From Longimicrobiales bacterium (lineage in GTDB: Bacteria > Gemmatimonadota > Gemmatimonadetes > Longimicrobiales > Gaopeijiaceae), in contig OZ241892.1 in the NCBI GenBank assembly GCA_965203485.1, forward strand, positions 2,880,001 through 2,944,000: a stretch of 64,000 nt of DNA, written 5' to 3'. The notes beneath the pieces were generated by a model. That model saw only the letters and a program-made list of their open reading frames with translations. It had not been told where the DNA came from and did not search any database. The position numbers and the translations under genes were made by a program. This document shows positions 48,290 through 57,791 of the stretch, one piece after another (position 1 is the stretch's first letter; each line of letters starts with the position of its first letter).

Positions 48290-48772
48290 GTGGCGAGACC
48301 AGACCGAACTTCCCCTACCGCTTTCCCCTTGTCCGCGCCCCAATACGAGCTTCGCGCAAGGAGCCGTGGACCGGGCCTCGCCGAGTACGAGATCTGGCAG
48401 CTTCCGGCGCCCGCCACGCCCCACGTGACCCGCTCCGTCCGGATCGCCGGGCTACGCGGCCGCAACCTGGACCTGGTCGAACACCGCGTCCTCCGTCGCT
48501 TGGCCCGCGGCGGCGTCAAGCTCCTCTCGCGGACGACCCGCGAACGCCGCGCCTACCCCCTCTCGGAGGACTTGGCCCTCTCGATTGGTCTGCTCTTCCG
48601 TTGCCTAGCGCCGATGCGGCACCGCGACCGAATGATCGCCGTTGCGGAGGGCGTGGACGCCATGGAGCGCGAAGAGGCCGGCTACTGGCTGGGCATGGCG
48701 ATGCATCGTCGGAACCCCAGGCGGGTGCTGATGGCATTGCGGTGCCTGCTGACGGAAGCGGCACGGAAGTAG
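48290..48772 (+). CDS. Small protein of the DUF499 system (DUF3780-like positional equivalent)
   Basis: Starts 1 nt after the DUF499 stop; C-terminal EEAGYWLGMA..RVLMALRCLL loosely resembles the DUF3780 EERWWL..WRKALR motif. Confidence 0.55.
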   Translation: MARPDRTSPTAFPLSAPQYELRARSRGPGLAEYEIWQLPAPATPHVTRSVRIAGLRGRNLDLVEHRVLRRLARGGVKLLSRTTRERRAYPLSEDLALSIGLLFRCLAPMRHRDRMIAVAEGVDAMEREEAGYWLGMAMHRRNPRRVLMALRCLLTEAARK

Positions 48773-48776
48773 GGAG

Positions 48777-49394
48777 ATGCGGGCGGACACAGCAGGCAAC
48801 ACAATGACCACGTTGCCAGTTTCCACCGCCATTCGAATTGCGAACAGGGCCCGTAATCCAAGCACTGCTGGTACTGATGTATACCGGGTGCCCTTCCTGG
48901 ACGTGGGTCTCAGGATTCCCGATGAGTCGGACACGCCTTTCCGTACAGCTGCACCTCTTTTCTCCTCCGGTGCCCCGAAGGGATCCTCAACGCACCAGAA
49001 TATGAATAGCGAACGTATCCACTTGTCCCTGCCATTGCTTGATCCCGTGTTCCCGGTGAGCGGCACAAGCTTTGTGGCCTTGCAGGAATGGGAAGGCTAT
49101 GTCATCGCGATCAACGACGACGGCTTCGAGGCACGGCTATTGGACTTGACAGCCAGGGCAAAGCGCGAGGAAGAAGAAGCGACGATACCGTACAGCGAGA
49201 TTTCTGAGGAGGAACGAACCGAGATGCGCCTGGGCAACATTTTCCGTTGGACGATTGGGTATGAGTCGACTCCGAGTGGGACGAGGCGGAGGATATCGCA
49301 GATTGTCTTCCGGAATCTTCCCGTTGTGACGCAGAGGGATGCCGACGAGGCATGGGAATGGGCACTTGAGACTCGGCAGTTCCTCGGGCTTTGA
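48777..49394 (+). CDS. Hypothetical protein with a beta-rich C-terminal domain
   Basis: ORF starts 4 nt after the previous stop; globular C-terminal part LQEWEGYV..FEARLLDL..IFRWTIGY..SQIVFR; start uncertain. Confidence 0.65.
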   Translation: MRADTAGNTMTTLPVSTAIRIANRARNPSTAGTDVYRVPFLDVGLRIPDESDTPFRTAAPLFSSGAPKGSSTHQNMNSERIHLSLPLLDPVFPVSGTSFVALQEWEGYVIAINDDGFEARLLDLTARAKREEEEATIPYSEISEEERTEMRLGNIFRWTIGYESTPSGTRRRISQIVFRNLPVVTQRDADEAWEWALETRQFLGL

Positions 49395-49581
49395 CCGCCC
49401 TGCAGAAGCAACCGGCGGCCGACGTACTGGCGCTGTCGCTGATCGGGGCCGGAATGGGAGAGCGCTCGTCTTATGCTGTCCCTCACGAGACACGCATATG
49501 CGATTGCGGCTTCCCCGGCTTCACGCAGACGGGGCAAGAGACGACACGGACCTGTCGGTCGGGGAATTGGGCCGGCACATC

Positions 49582-50856
49582 ATGATCCGCCGAGTTCAGG
49601 CCCTGAACTATCGTTGCCTCCGGTACGTCGACCTGTCGCTGGACCGGTTCCACGTGCTGGTGGGACCCAACGCCAGCGGCAAGAGTACGCTGTTCGACGT
49701 GGTGGCATTCCTGGGCGAGATGATACGCGAGGGCGTTGGCGCAGCCATAGAACGGCGAACCGAGAACTTTCAAGACTTGATCTGGAATAGGCGGAAGGGC
49801 AACATGGGTTTCGAGCTGGCCGTCGAGTTCGAAGTGCCCGACAACATCAAGGAGCGGCTACCCCGGAAGAAGGGCTATCGCGTCTTCCGCTACGAGATAG
49901 CGATTCGGGAGTCCGACGACGGCTGGACAATCGATTCCGAGCGCGGGCTGTTGATGCCGGAACCCCATGGGCTTTGTTCCGCTTCCTCGCAGGTGTCTCT
50001 TTTTCCCGATCCGCCTTCACCGCCACGCACAATCTTGGCCGGAGGCGGCCGTCCCGGTCGCCGTACGATCTTGAGCAAGTCCCCCGAAGGAACGGACAGG
50101 TTCAATATTGAGACTTCGGACGATCCCGGCAAAGGTTGGGTTACGAGCATAGCTTTTGGCCCAAAGCGCTCGACGCTTCGCAACCTTCCCGAATCGCCGG
50201 ACAAGTTTCCCATGGCGTCCTACGCAAAAACTCTGCTTGGCGGTGGCATTGACCTCATGTTTCTCGACAGCAAGAAAATGCGTCTTCCGAGCTCTCCGCA
50301 CTCGAATCGCAAACGACTGTCTTCCGACGGCCACAACCTGCATCGGCTTATTCATGAATTGAAGACTGCGAACGAGGAAGTCTATCGAGAATGGCTTGAA
50401 CATGTCCAGACTGTCCTGGAAGACCTCGACGATGTTCGAATGGTGGACCAAGAATACGATCGCAGCGTCTACCTGACTCTCGTGTACGATACCGGCTTGG
50501 AAGTCCCGTCGTGGATGGTGTCGGACGGCACCCTGCGTTTTCTTGCGATGACGCTGATTCCGTACCTGTCACAGCAGGGACAAGTGTACTTGCTGGAAGA
50601 GCCGGAGAACGGGGTACATCCGCTGGCGCTGGACGCGGTGTATTCATCCCTGTCGTCGGCATACGAGTCTCAGGTATTGGTAGCCACGCATTCACCTTCC
50701 TTCCTGTCGTTGGCGTCTCCAGAGGACATTCTTTGTTTTGCGAAGAGCGAAGAGGGCGCAACCGATGTCGTCAAGGGCAACGACCATCCCATGCTCAGAG
50801 AATGGCAAGAGGGTGCCGACAACGGGTTGTTGTTTGCCAAAGGCGTGATCGGATGA
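49582..50856 (+). CDS. ABC/AAA ATPase, MADS MAD3-like
   Basis: MIRRVQALNYRCLRYV..FHVLVGPNASGKST, SDGTLRFL, LLEEPENGVHP and VATHSP. Confidence 0.8.
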   Translation: MIRRVQALNYRCLRYVDLSLDRFHVLVGPNASGKSTLFDVVAFLGEMIREGVGAAIERRTENFQDLIWNRRKGNMGFELAVEFEVPDNIKERLPRKKGYRVFRYEIAIRESDDGWTIDSERGLLMPEPHGLCSASSQVSLFPDPPSPPRTILAGGGRPGRRTILSKSPEGTDRFNIETSDDPGKGWVTSIAFGPKRSTLRNLPESPDKFPMASYAKTLLGGGIDLMFLDSKKMRLPSSPHSNRKRLSSDGHNLHRLIHELKTANEEVYREWLEHVQTVLEDLDDVRMVDQEYDRSVYLTLVYDTGLEVPSWMVSDGTLRFLAMTLIPYLSQQGQVYLLEEPENGVHPLALDAVYSSLSSAYESQVLVATHSPSFLSLASPEDILCFAKSEEGATDVVKGNDHPMLREWQEGADNGLLFAKGVIG

Positions 50857-51485
50857 CCGATCAGCCATGCTCGCGGGACTTGCTTGCCTTGGTTGCGGAC
50901 GCGGACATGCGGGAAGTCATGCGCGGTGTGCTGGGAAGGAGCGACGGAGTTGCGGCTGGTCGATTGGATTTCGACGTCCAGGTGCATCCCCAGAGAGACG
51001 GGGGATGCCGAACTGGAGCCGCAACGTATCTGCGCCCTTACCTCAATAGGTTTCGCTATTGCATGGTGGTCTTCGATAGGTACGGATGCGGCAGTCGCAA
51101 TTCGCGTGAAGACATCCAGCGATCTGTCGAAAGCGAGCTCGCCCGCAACGGTTGGGACGATCGAGCCAAGGTCATCGTCATCGAGCCGGAGCTCGAAGCG
51201 TGGATATGGGGCGACCTCAAGGCCGCATCCAGGCAGGTCGGTTGGCCGGGCGATCACACGGCGTTGCGCGAACGGCTGGCGGCCGAAGGCCATTGGCCAC
51301 GCGGTCAGGACAAGCCTGAGGACCCCAAACGGGCGATGAGGGAGGCGATGTCGCGTTCTCCTCTTCGACCCAGGCGTTCGGCCAGGGTCTTTCGCAAGAT
51401 TGCCGACTCTGCTCGGTTCGACGGCTGTCGCGATGCGGCGTTCAACGAACTCCGTGCTACGCTGGTGAAGTGGTTTTCCGGCTGA
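50853..51485 (+). CDS. MADS MAD4-like / DUF4276-like TOPRIM-fold protein
   Basis: DLLALVAD.DM, VHPQRDGGC, VVFDRYGCG, VIEPELEAWIW, KPEDPK and FNELRATLVKWF; ATGA overlap with the ATPase. Confidence 0.7.
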   Translation: MTDQPCSRDLLALVADADMREVMRGVLGRSDGVAAGRLDFDVQVHPQRDGGCRTGAATYLRPYLNRFRYCMVVFDRYGCGSRNSREDIQRSVESELARNGWDDRAKVIVIEPELEAWIWGDLKAASRQVGWPGDHTALRERLAAEGHWPRGQDKPEDPKRAMREAMSRSPLRPRRSARVFRKIADSARFDGCRDAAFNELRATLVKWFSG

Positions 51486-51675
51486 CGGCCGACTGGCGAG
51501 AATCCCAACTTCGGATTTCATGCCCCTGAAATGTCCATGCGACTGTCCCATCTGGCAAGGCGATAATGTCCCGACGCCGCTCTTGCGCGGGACTCGACGG
51601 GGGGCTACGATTCATCCACAGTCGTTGGTGTGCTTCTGCGAGTGCAACGTCCCGTTTCGAACCGGAGGGGTCGCG

Positions 51676-52128
51676 GTGGACCAGACCCGAGATGACCAGC
51701 GGTCCGGCGCGGAGCAACCGGCCGACTTCATCGTCGCCCATCGGCGACATCGAGAAGACGGCAATCTGCTCTGCGATCATGACAGGTTGGCCAACGCCGC
51801 GTACTTGTTCGGTTTCAGCGCAGAGTGCGGACTGAAGGCCGTAATGCAGGCACTCGAGTGGATGCCTTTGGACACCAAAGGCGTGCCTCGGCAACCCGAG
51901 CACCGCCAACACATCCAGGCGATATGGCCGCTCTACGCGGATCTGGCCCGTGACCGCAATGGGGCACGATACCGCCTTGCTTCTGAGGATCCATTTCACG
52001 ACTGGTCGCACCATCATCGCTACGCCGCCGGCGAGCATGTGAGTTCAGAGGCAGTGGGCCGGTACCGCGAGGCGACCAAGGCCGTCGCTCGCATCCTGTA
52101 CCTCGCGAGAGTGGACGGCAAGCTATGA
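51676..52128 (+). CDS. HEPN-like protein
   Basis: Helical A.YLFGFSAECGLKA motif, a conserved-looking His (RQHI) and W.HHHRY; GTG start after GGAGG. Confidence 0.6.
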   Translation: MDQTRDDQRSGAEQPADFIVAHRRHREDGNLLCDHDRLANAAYLFGFSAECGLKAVMQALEWMPLDTKGVPRQPEHRQHIQAIWPLYADLARDRNGARYRLASEDPFHDWSHHHRYAAGEHVSSEAVGRYREATKAVARILYLARVDGKL

Positions 52129-53393
52129 AGGACGACTTCGTTTCGTTCGACAGCGTAAGCCAGCGAGTCCAAGCGATTCTAGAGTCCATGGATTTGGTTG
52201 CGCTCCAGGGAATCGACGTCTACCTCGTTCGAAACCTCCATGGCAAGGTACGGATCATCGCCGACGAACCGGCTAACGAATCCATTCGGGCCGCACTAGC
52301 GGACTTGGCGACGCGGTTGAGTCATGCGCTGGGCGCCCACGGTCATCCTCCAAACGCATCCCTGCTGACGCTCGACATCTCTGCATCCGACCTTCTCGGT
52401 TCTTCCTCTAGGACAATATCGGAAGGCGTGTTCTGGGTTGACCGCATGGTGACAAGCAACGAATGGGCGTCCGTCCACACGCCGGCCTTGCAGAACAACC
52501 GATATACGCTTTTTTCGGTCAAAGGCGGAGTAGGGAGAAGCACCACGGCTATCGTTCTCGCCTGGCACTTGGCCCGTCAGGGAGAAAGGGTCTTGGTCGT
52601 GGATCTGGACATGGAATCTCCGGGTCTGGGCTCGTCCGTTCTGGATCACGGCACCCATCCCGAGTTCGGAATCGTGGACTGGTTCGTAGAGGACTTGGTC
52701 GGCCAGAGCCGTCATGTCGTCGAGCAGATGACGGGAGCACCGATCTGGGCACGCGATCTTGAAGGGGCCGTCACGGTCGTTCCCGCACACGGACGTGACC
52801 CCGGCGAATACTTGGCGAAGCTCGGGAGGGTGTACCTGGACACGGACATCTGCTGGACGGAACGGATCAACAGCATGATAACGCAACTCGAGGCGGCATG
52901 GCGACCAACCATGGTGCTCATCGAGAGTCGAAGCGGCTTGCACGACATCGCCGCATCGACCGTCACCGATCTTGGCGCCGACATCTTGCTCTTCACAACT
53001 GACTCCGAGAGTTCATGGACCGGCCACGAGATCCTTTTTGCACATTGGCGTGCTCACAAACTGGCCGAGGCCATGAGAAACCGGCTGTTCATCGTGTCCG
53101 CCCTGACCCCGGAGATCGGCACGGAACAGTACCTTGCGCGATTTTCGGAGCGGTCCTGGAACTTGTTTCGCGACCACCTCTACGACGATGTCGAACCGAT
53201 GCACGCCGACGGCGGTTTTTCTTTCGATCTGCACGACGTTGCTGCTCCTCATAGCCCATTTCCAATCTACTGGAACCGCGGCATGGCTGCCGGAACCTCC
53301 CTGCGCGACATCAACGCGGTGCCCGTGAAGCTTGCGTATTCCGATTTTCTGTCGTCGTTCGACAACCAGCTTCGTCCGGCAACGACTCGATGA
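52125..53393 (+). CDS. ParA/MinD-like ATPase with KGGVGR variant Walker A
   Basis: FSVKGGVGRST, VLVVDLDMESPGL and LIESRSG; N-terminal extra domain (VRNLHGKVR); ATGA overlap with the HEPN gene. Confidence 0.8.
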   Translation: MKDDFVSFDSVSQRVQAILESMDLVALQGIDVYLVRNLHGKVRIIADEPANESIRAALADLATRLSHALGAHGHPPNASLLTLDISASDLLGSSSRTISEGVFWVDRMVTSNEWASVHTPALQNNRYTLFSVKGGVGRSTTAIVLAWHLARQGERVLVVDLDMESPGLGSSVLDHGTHPEFGIVDWFVEDLVGQSRHVVEQMTGAPIWARDLEGAVTVVPAHGRDPGEYLAKLGRVYLDTDICWTERINSMITQLEAAWRPTMVLIESRSGLHDIAASTVTDLGADILLFTTDSESSWTGHEILFAHWRAHKLAEAMRNRLFIVSALTPEIGTEQYLARFSERSWNLFRDHLYDDVEPMHADGGFSFDLHDVAAPHSPFPIYWNRGMAAGTSLRDINAVPVKLAYSDFLSSFDNQLRPATTR

Positions 53394-54841
53394 CTCGCGC
53401 CCGAGTCTTTCGCCAAGCACTTGTCGGCTTGCCAGATGACACGTCTCATGGTGAGGCCGATTTGCCGGTCGCCAACGTCTACCTGCCTCGGTCTCACCTC
53501 AAGGCGATGGATCCGGACGCATCGGTCGTGGTCGGCATGCGAGGTGCAGGCAAGACGTTCTGGTGGAAAGCTCTTCAAGACAAAAACGTCCGGCTTCTCG
53601 TGGGGAAGAGCGAGCATTCGCGATTGACCGATACCACCGAAGTGAAGCTTGGGTTCGGAGTCAGTGCAGCTCTCGAAGATTATCCGAGCAAAGATGTGTT
53701 GGGAAACCTATTGGCAGACGACGTCGACCCTCGCCTTGTTTGGCGAACTGTCTTGGCTCGGCATCTGTCGCCAAGCGATGCTCCTCTTAGGCAGTTGGGT
53801 AACTGGCGGGAACGATGTGACTACACCAAACGGCAGGCGGAGGAGATCGACGTACTGTTGCGTCGACAGGACAGCGATCTAGATCAAAGCGGGACATACC
53901 TGCTGATACTGTTTGACGCCTTGGATCGGTGTGCTGATGGATGGCAGGACATGTATCGGTTGATCCGAGGGTTGATGCAACTCGCTTCGGACATGCGTTC
54001 GTACAGACGACTACGTGTGAAGGCCTTTTTGCGAACGGATCAAGTTGAGGACGCCAGCATTAGGACTTTTCCAGATGCGTCGAAACTCTTGTCGTCCCGT
54101 GCCGAACTTAACTGGCCACCGAATGAACTGTACGGTCTCCTTTGGCACCTGCTTGCCAATGGTTCCGCGGGAAACGAGACGCGGCCTCTTCTGATAGGGG
54201 AGAACTGGCGTTCGACCACATTGCAAGGACAGATCGTATTCGCCGTGCCGAGAACACTTGTCTTTTCCGAGCAAGATCAACGCGACACGTTTCATGACAT
54301 TGCTGGGCCTTGGATGGGCAGGGACCGGCGGCGGGGGTTTCCCTACACATGGATACCCAACCATTTGGCGGATACCGAAGGAAAGGTAAGTCCTCGTTCG
54401 TTTCTCAAGGCACTGAGAACCGCCGCTATCAATACTGGCGAGCGACATCCAGAACACGAACACGCCCTTCACTTCGACAGCATCAAGCTGGGTGTTCAGG
54501 AGGCTTCCAAGATTCGTGTTGACGAGTTTCGGGAGGACTATCCATGGGTGCACCGCATGTTGACGGCCTTGGAGGGCATGGTCGTGCCCTGCTCCTTTGA
54601 CGAGATCGAACAACGGTGGCAGGAACGGGACGTGTTCTCGCAGTTGCGCAATGACACTTCACAGGACGCCGTCAAATTGAGGCCGCGCCAAATCGAGCGC
54701 GGAGCTCAAGGCGTGCGTGAAGACCTAGAGGCATTGAGCATATTTCAGCGGCTACTTGACGGCCGCGTCAACATTCCCGACGTGTTCAGGGTCGGCTACG
54801 GCCTGGGACGGCGGGGTGGCGTCAAACCTGTACGAGGCTAG
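53390..54841 (+). CDS. P-loop NTPase (STAND/KAP-like) of unknown function
   Basis: VVGMRGAGKT (Walker A), LILFDALD (Walker B), FLRTD, SPRSFL and C-terminal NIPDVFRVGYGL; ATGA overlap. Confidence 0.75.
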   Translation: MTRARVFRQALVGLPDDTSHGEADLPVANVYLPRSHLKAMDPDASVVVGMRGAGKTFWWKALQDKNVRLLVGKSEHSRLTDTTEVKLGFGVSAALEDYPSKDVLGNLLADDVDPRLVWRTVLARHLSPSDAPLRQLGNWRERCDYTKRQAEEIDVLLRRQDSDLDQSGTYLLILFDALDRCADGWQDMYRLIRGLMQLASDMRSYRRLRVKAFLRTDQVEDASIRTFPDASKLLSSRAELNWPPNELYGLLWHLLANGSAGNETRPLLIGENWRSTTLQGQIVFAVPRTLVFSEQDQRDTFHDIAGPWMGRDRRRGFPYTWIPNHLADTEGKVSPRSFLKALRTAAINTGERHPEHEHALHFDSIKLGVQEASKIRVDEFREDYPWVHRMLTALEGMVVPCSFDEIEQRWQERDVFSQLRNDTSQDAVKLRPRQIERGAQGVREDLEALSIFQRLLDGRVNIPDVFRVGYGLGRRGGVKPVRG

Positions 54842-55002
54842 CTGGGCCCGCCATGACCGGAGTTCATTCACGATGCGTTGGCCGTCCGTATACCATCTGG
54901 GGTTTGCGGTCACCGTGATTGGGATCGATTGCGCTCGCGAACCGACACCGCCCAGCATCTCGACGGGCTTCCTTGTCGACTTCCATCCGCCTCGGCCACG
55001 TC

Positions 55003-55749
55003 ATGACCGTCTCTGATGGCACGAAGAACATCCTCGCCATGAGGAGCGGAAACAGATGCGCACTGCCCGGTTGCGACCAGGCATTGGCATTTGATTCCGA
55101 TAACGGATCAGTGCTGACTGTCGGAGAAGCCGCTCACATTGCGGGGCGTCGACCGGGTTCCGCGCGCTACGATCCAGAGATGGACGATCGGGAGCGGGAC
55201 GCCGCCGCGAATCTGGTGTACGTGTGCAGGAACTGTCACAGGCGCATCGATCAAGACGTCGAATTTTATTCCCTAGAGCGGCTATGGGAGATCAAGGCCC
55301 ACCACGAAGCCAAGGTCAAGGCCGCGATGGACGCCGCGTTTGCGATCGTAGGATTCGCTGAATTACAAGAATTGGTCGAACATTTTTCTTCAACACCTCC
55401 GACCGCAATCGATTCATCTCTCGTTTTGCTTCCGCCTGACGCCAAGATCAGGAAGAACGATCTCGGTCCTGACTCTCAGCACATTATCACGATGGGACTA
55501 GCTATTTCGTCTACGATTCGAACGTTCGTCAGCCAGATCGAATCCGATGATCCCGACTGGTCTGCGCGCCTCAAGAACGGATTTGTGACCGAATACCTCC
55601 GGTTGCGAAAAGAAGGTCATAGGGGAGACGAACTGTTCGAACTCATGAGCGCCTATTCCACACGTGGCTTTGATCGAGCCACGACCCAGTGTGCCGCGAT
55701 ATCCGTGCTGGTGTACATGTTCGAAGCCTGCGAGGTGTTCGAGCGTTGA
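55003..55749 (+). CDS. Lamassu/ABC-three-component effector: HNH nuclease + C-terminal domain (LmuA-like)
   Basis: SGNRCALPGC, AAHIAG, NLVYVCRNCHRRID (HNH); C-terminal KIRKNDL..GDELF..YMFEACEVFE. Confidence 0.8.
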   Translation: MTVSDGTKNILAMRSGNRCALPGCDQALAFDSDNGSVLTVGEAAHIAGRRPGSARYDPEMDDRERDAAANLVYVCRNCHRRIDQDVEFYSLERLWEIKAHHEAKVKAAMDAAFAIVGFAELQELVEHFSSTPPTAIDSSLVLLPPDAKIRKNDLGPDSQHIITMGLAISSTIRTFVSQIESDDPDWSARLKNGFVTEYLRLRKEGHRGDELFELMSAYSTRGFDRATTQCAAISVLVYMFEACEVFER

Positions 55750-55970
55750 TTCTGCCGACCAAGCATGTGTCAGAGGCGGAGTCTTTGCTGGCGGCCGGTG
55801 CGCTCCTGCTCCATGAATTAGGCCGACCCCGGACCGTAACCGAACTCTGGGAAGCCGTGAGAGGAAACCAGATTGCCTCCTTCGACCGCTTCGTCTTGGC
55901 GGCTGAGTTGCTGTACGCCATCGGCGCCGTGAGCTTCCGGGACGGACTTCTGGAAAAGCACCGGCCATGA
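55746..55970 (+). CDS. ABC-three-component middle component (LmuC-like)
   Basis: 74 aa, TTG start overlapping upstream TGA; ILPTKH..SLL..GA..TVTELWE..FDRFVLA..LLY. Confidence 0.75.
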   Translation: MILPTKHVSEAESLLAAGALLLHELGRPRTVTELWEAVRGNQIASFDRFVLAAELLYAIGAVSFRDGLLEKHRP

Positions 55971-57709
55971 TTCACCGCGTGACCGCCAATCGTCCGTCGT
56001 TTCGATCCGTCGAGTTCGGAGCCGGCCTTAACGTCGTTCTCGCAGATCGAACCGAAGCGTCGACCGACAAGGACACCAGGAACGGTCTTGGCAAGTCCAC
56101 CTTGATCGACATCATTGATTTTTGCTTGGGAGCCCGGGCGCAACGGGGGAAGGGTCTCGTCATCGACTCCCTCGCCGGATGGGAGTTCACGCTTGAGTTC
56201 TCCTTGGGGCGGGAGCGTTTCACGGCGACGCGGGCAGTGGACGCCCCGAACAAGTTCAAGGTCGCCCATCATAGATCGACGGCCGCGCACTCGTCAGACA
56301 CGCTTTTCGGCGACACCGACTACAACCAAACCGACTGGCGCACGCTACTCGGCCAACGCATGTTCGGCCTCGACAACACGGACATCCCCAGGTACGGTCC
56401 ATCGTACCGGAGCTTGCTTTCCTATTTCATTCGCTGTGATGGGGCGGCCTATTTGGAGCCATTTTCCCATCACTCGAAGCAACAATCATGGGACCGGCAG
56501 GTGAATGTCGCGTACATGCTCGGCCTGCACTGGAAAACGGCATCGCAGTTCCAGAATCTCAGGGAAGACGAGAAATCGGTGAAGCAACTCCAAAAGGCCG
56601 CTGACGCCGCGGAAAAGCTTGAAAGAGGGGCCACGGTCGGTGCACTCGAAGCCACAAGGGTGCGCCTGGAGGATCGGTTGAACGCAGAGCTGAACGCGCT
56701 GGACAATTTCAAGGTTCACCCTCAGTACGCATCGATCCAGCAAGAAGCGGACCGACTCACGGCCAAGCTTCACGAACTGACCAACGCGAACGTCGCGGAT
56801 CAGAGGATGCTTAGACGATATCGCGAATCGGTTGACGACAAAGAAAAGCCGCCGAGCGTGTCGGTGATCCGCTTGTACGAAGAGGTCGGAATTGTCTTTT
56901 CGGATGCGGTGCGTCGCACGCTTGCCGATACGAAGCGATTTCGCGACCAGGTCATCGAGAACAGAAAGCAGTTTCTCGCAACTGAGATCAGCAGAATCGA
57001 AACACGAATCGCTGGGCGTGACCGCGAGATTCAAGCATTGACCGAGGAGCGGGCAGATCACCTTCTCGTCTTGAAGACTCACGGTGCGCTGGACGAGGTG
57101 ACCCGTCTTCAGGAGAGAGTTGTCCGCATTCGCGAGAGACTGGAGAGGGTGACCACCTCCATTGACCATCGCAAAGCGCTCGAATCCAAGAAGCGCGAAA
57201 TCAAGACGCAGAAGAACGAACTCGCGCAGGTCGCTCAGCGAGCTCACGAGGAGCGCAGGGCGCTGTGGAGCCGAGCCGTCGCGTTGTTCAACGAAAACTC
57301 GGAGGCGCTGTACGAAGCTCCCGGCGAACTGATCATCGATGTGGGGGACAACGGCTTTTCCTACGACGTGGAGATCGACAAGAGCGGAAGCGACGGCGTG
57401 GACAAGATGAAGATTTTCTGCTTCGACCTGATGCTTCTTCAGTCCCGTCCGGAACGCGAGGGCATCGACTTCCTGATTCACGACAGCATCATCTTCGATG
57501 GAGTGGACTCGCGGCAGAGGGCGCGCGCCCTGGAAAGGGCCAGCGCCGTCGGGAACGTCCTTGGCAAGCAATACATCTGTGCGTTCAACTCCGACATGGT
57601 GCCCCGCGACGACTTCAGCCCGAACTTCGATTTCGACCGCCACGTCAAGCTCCACATCAAAGACGGCGACCCGTCCGGCAGTCTTCTGGGCTTCTCGTTC
57701 AACCGGTGA
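55967..57709 (+). CDS. SMC-like ABC ATPase, DUF2326 (LmuB-like)
   Basis: RNGLGKST Walker A, central coiled coil, SDG..KIFCFDL and FLIHDSIIFDGVDSRQ. Confidence 0.85.
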   Translation: MIHRVTANRPSFRSVEFGAGLNVVLADRTEASTDKDTRNGLGKSTLIDIIDFCLGARAQRGKGLVIDSLAGWEFTLEFSLGRERFTATRAVDAPNKFKVAHHRSTAAHSSDTLFGDTDYNQTDWRTLLGQRMFGLDNTDIPRYGPSYRSLLSYFIRCDGAAYLEPFSHHSKQQSWDRQVNVAYMLGLHWKTASQFQNLREDEKSVKQLQKAADAAEKLERGATVGALEATRVRLEDRLNAELNALDNFKVHPQYASIQQEADRLTAKLHELTNANVADQRMLRRYRESVDDKEKPPSVSVIRLYEEVGIVFSDAVRRTLADTKRFRDQVIENRKQFLATEISRIETRIAGRDREIQALTEERADHLLVLKTHGALDEVTRLQERVVRIRERLERVTTSIDHRKALESKKREIKTQKNELAQVAQRAHEERRALWSRAVALFNENSEALYEAPGELIIDVGDNGFSYDVEIDKSGSDGVDKMKIFCFDLMLLQSRPEREGIDFLIHDSIIFDGVDSRQRARALERASAVGNVLGKQYICAFNSDMVPRDDFSPNFDFDRHVKLHIKDGDPSGSLLGFSFNR

Positions 57710-57791
57710 CGCGAACCCGCTCACCGAACATGCGCGCTGGGCGTCGGCCGAGACTACGTGCCGACGTCACGGGAAAGGACTTGTGAGTGAG

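Noticed and set aside
52125..53393. Plasmid or chromosome partition (ParA) or cell-division (MinD) role
   Set aside because: No parB/parS or minC/minE nearby; variant Walker A, extra domains and tight coupling to HEPN and NTPase genes
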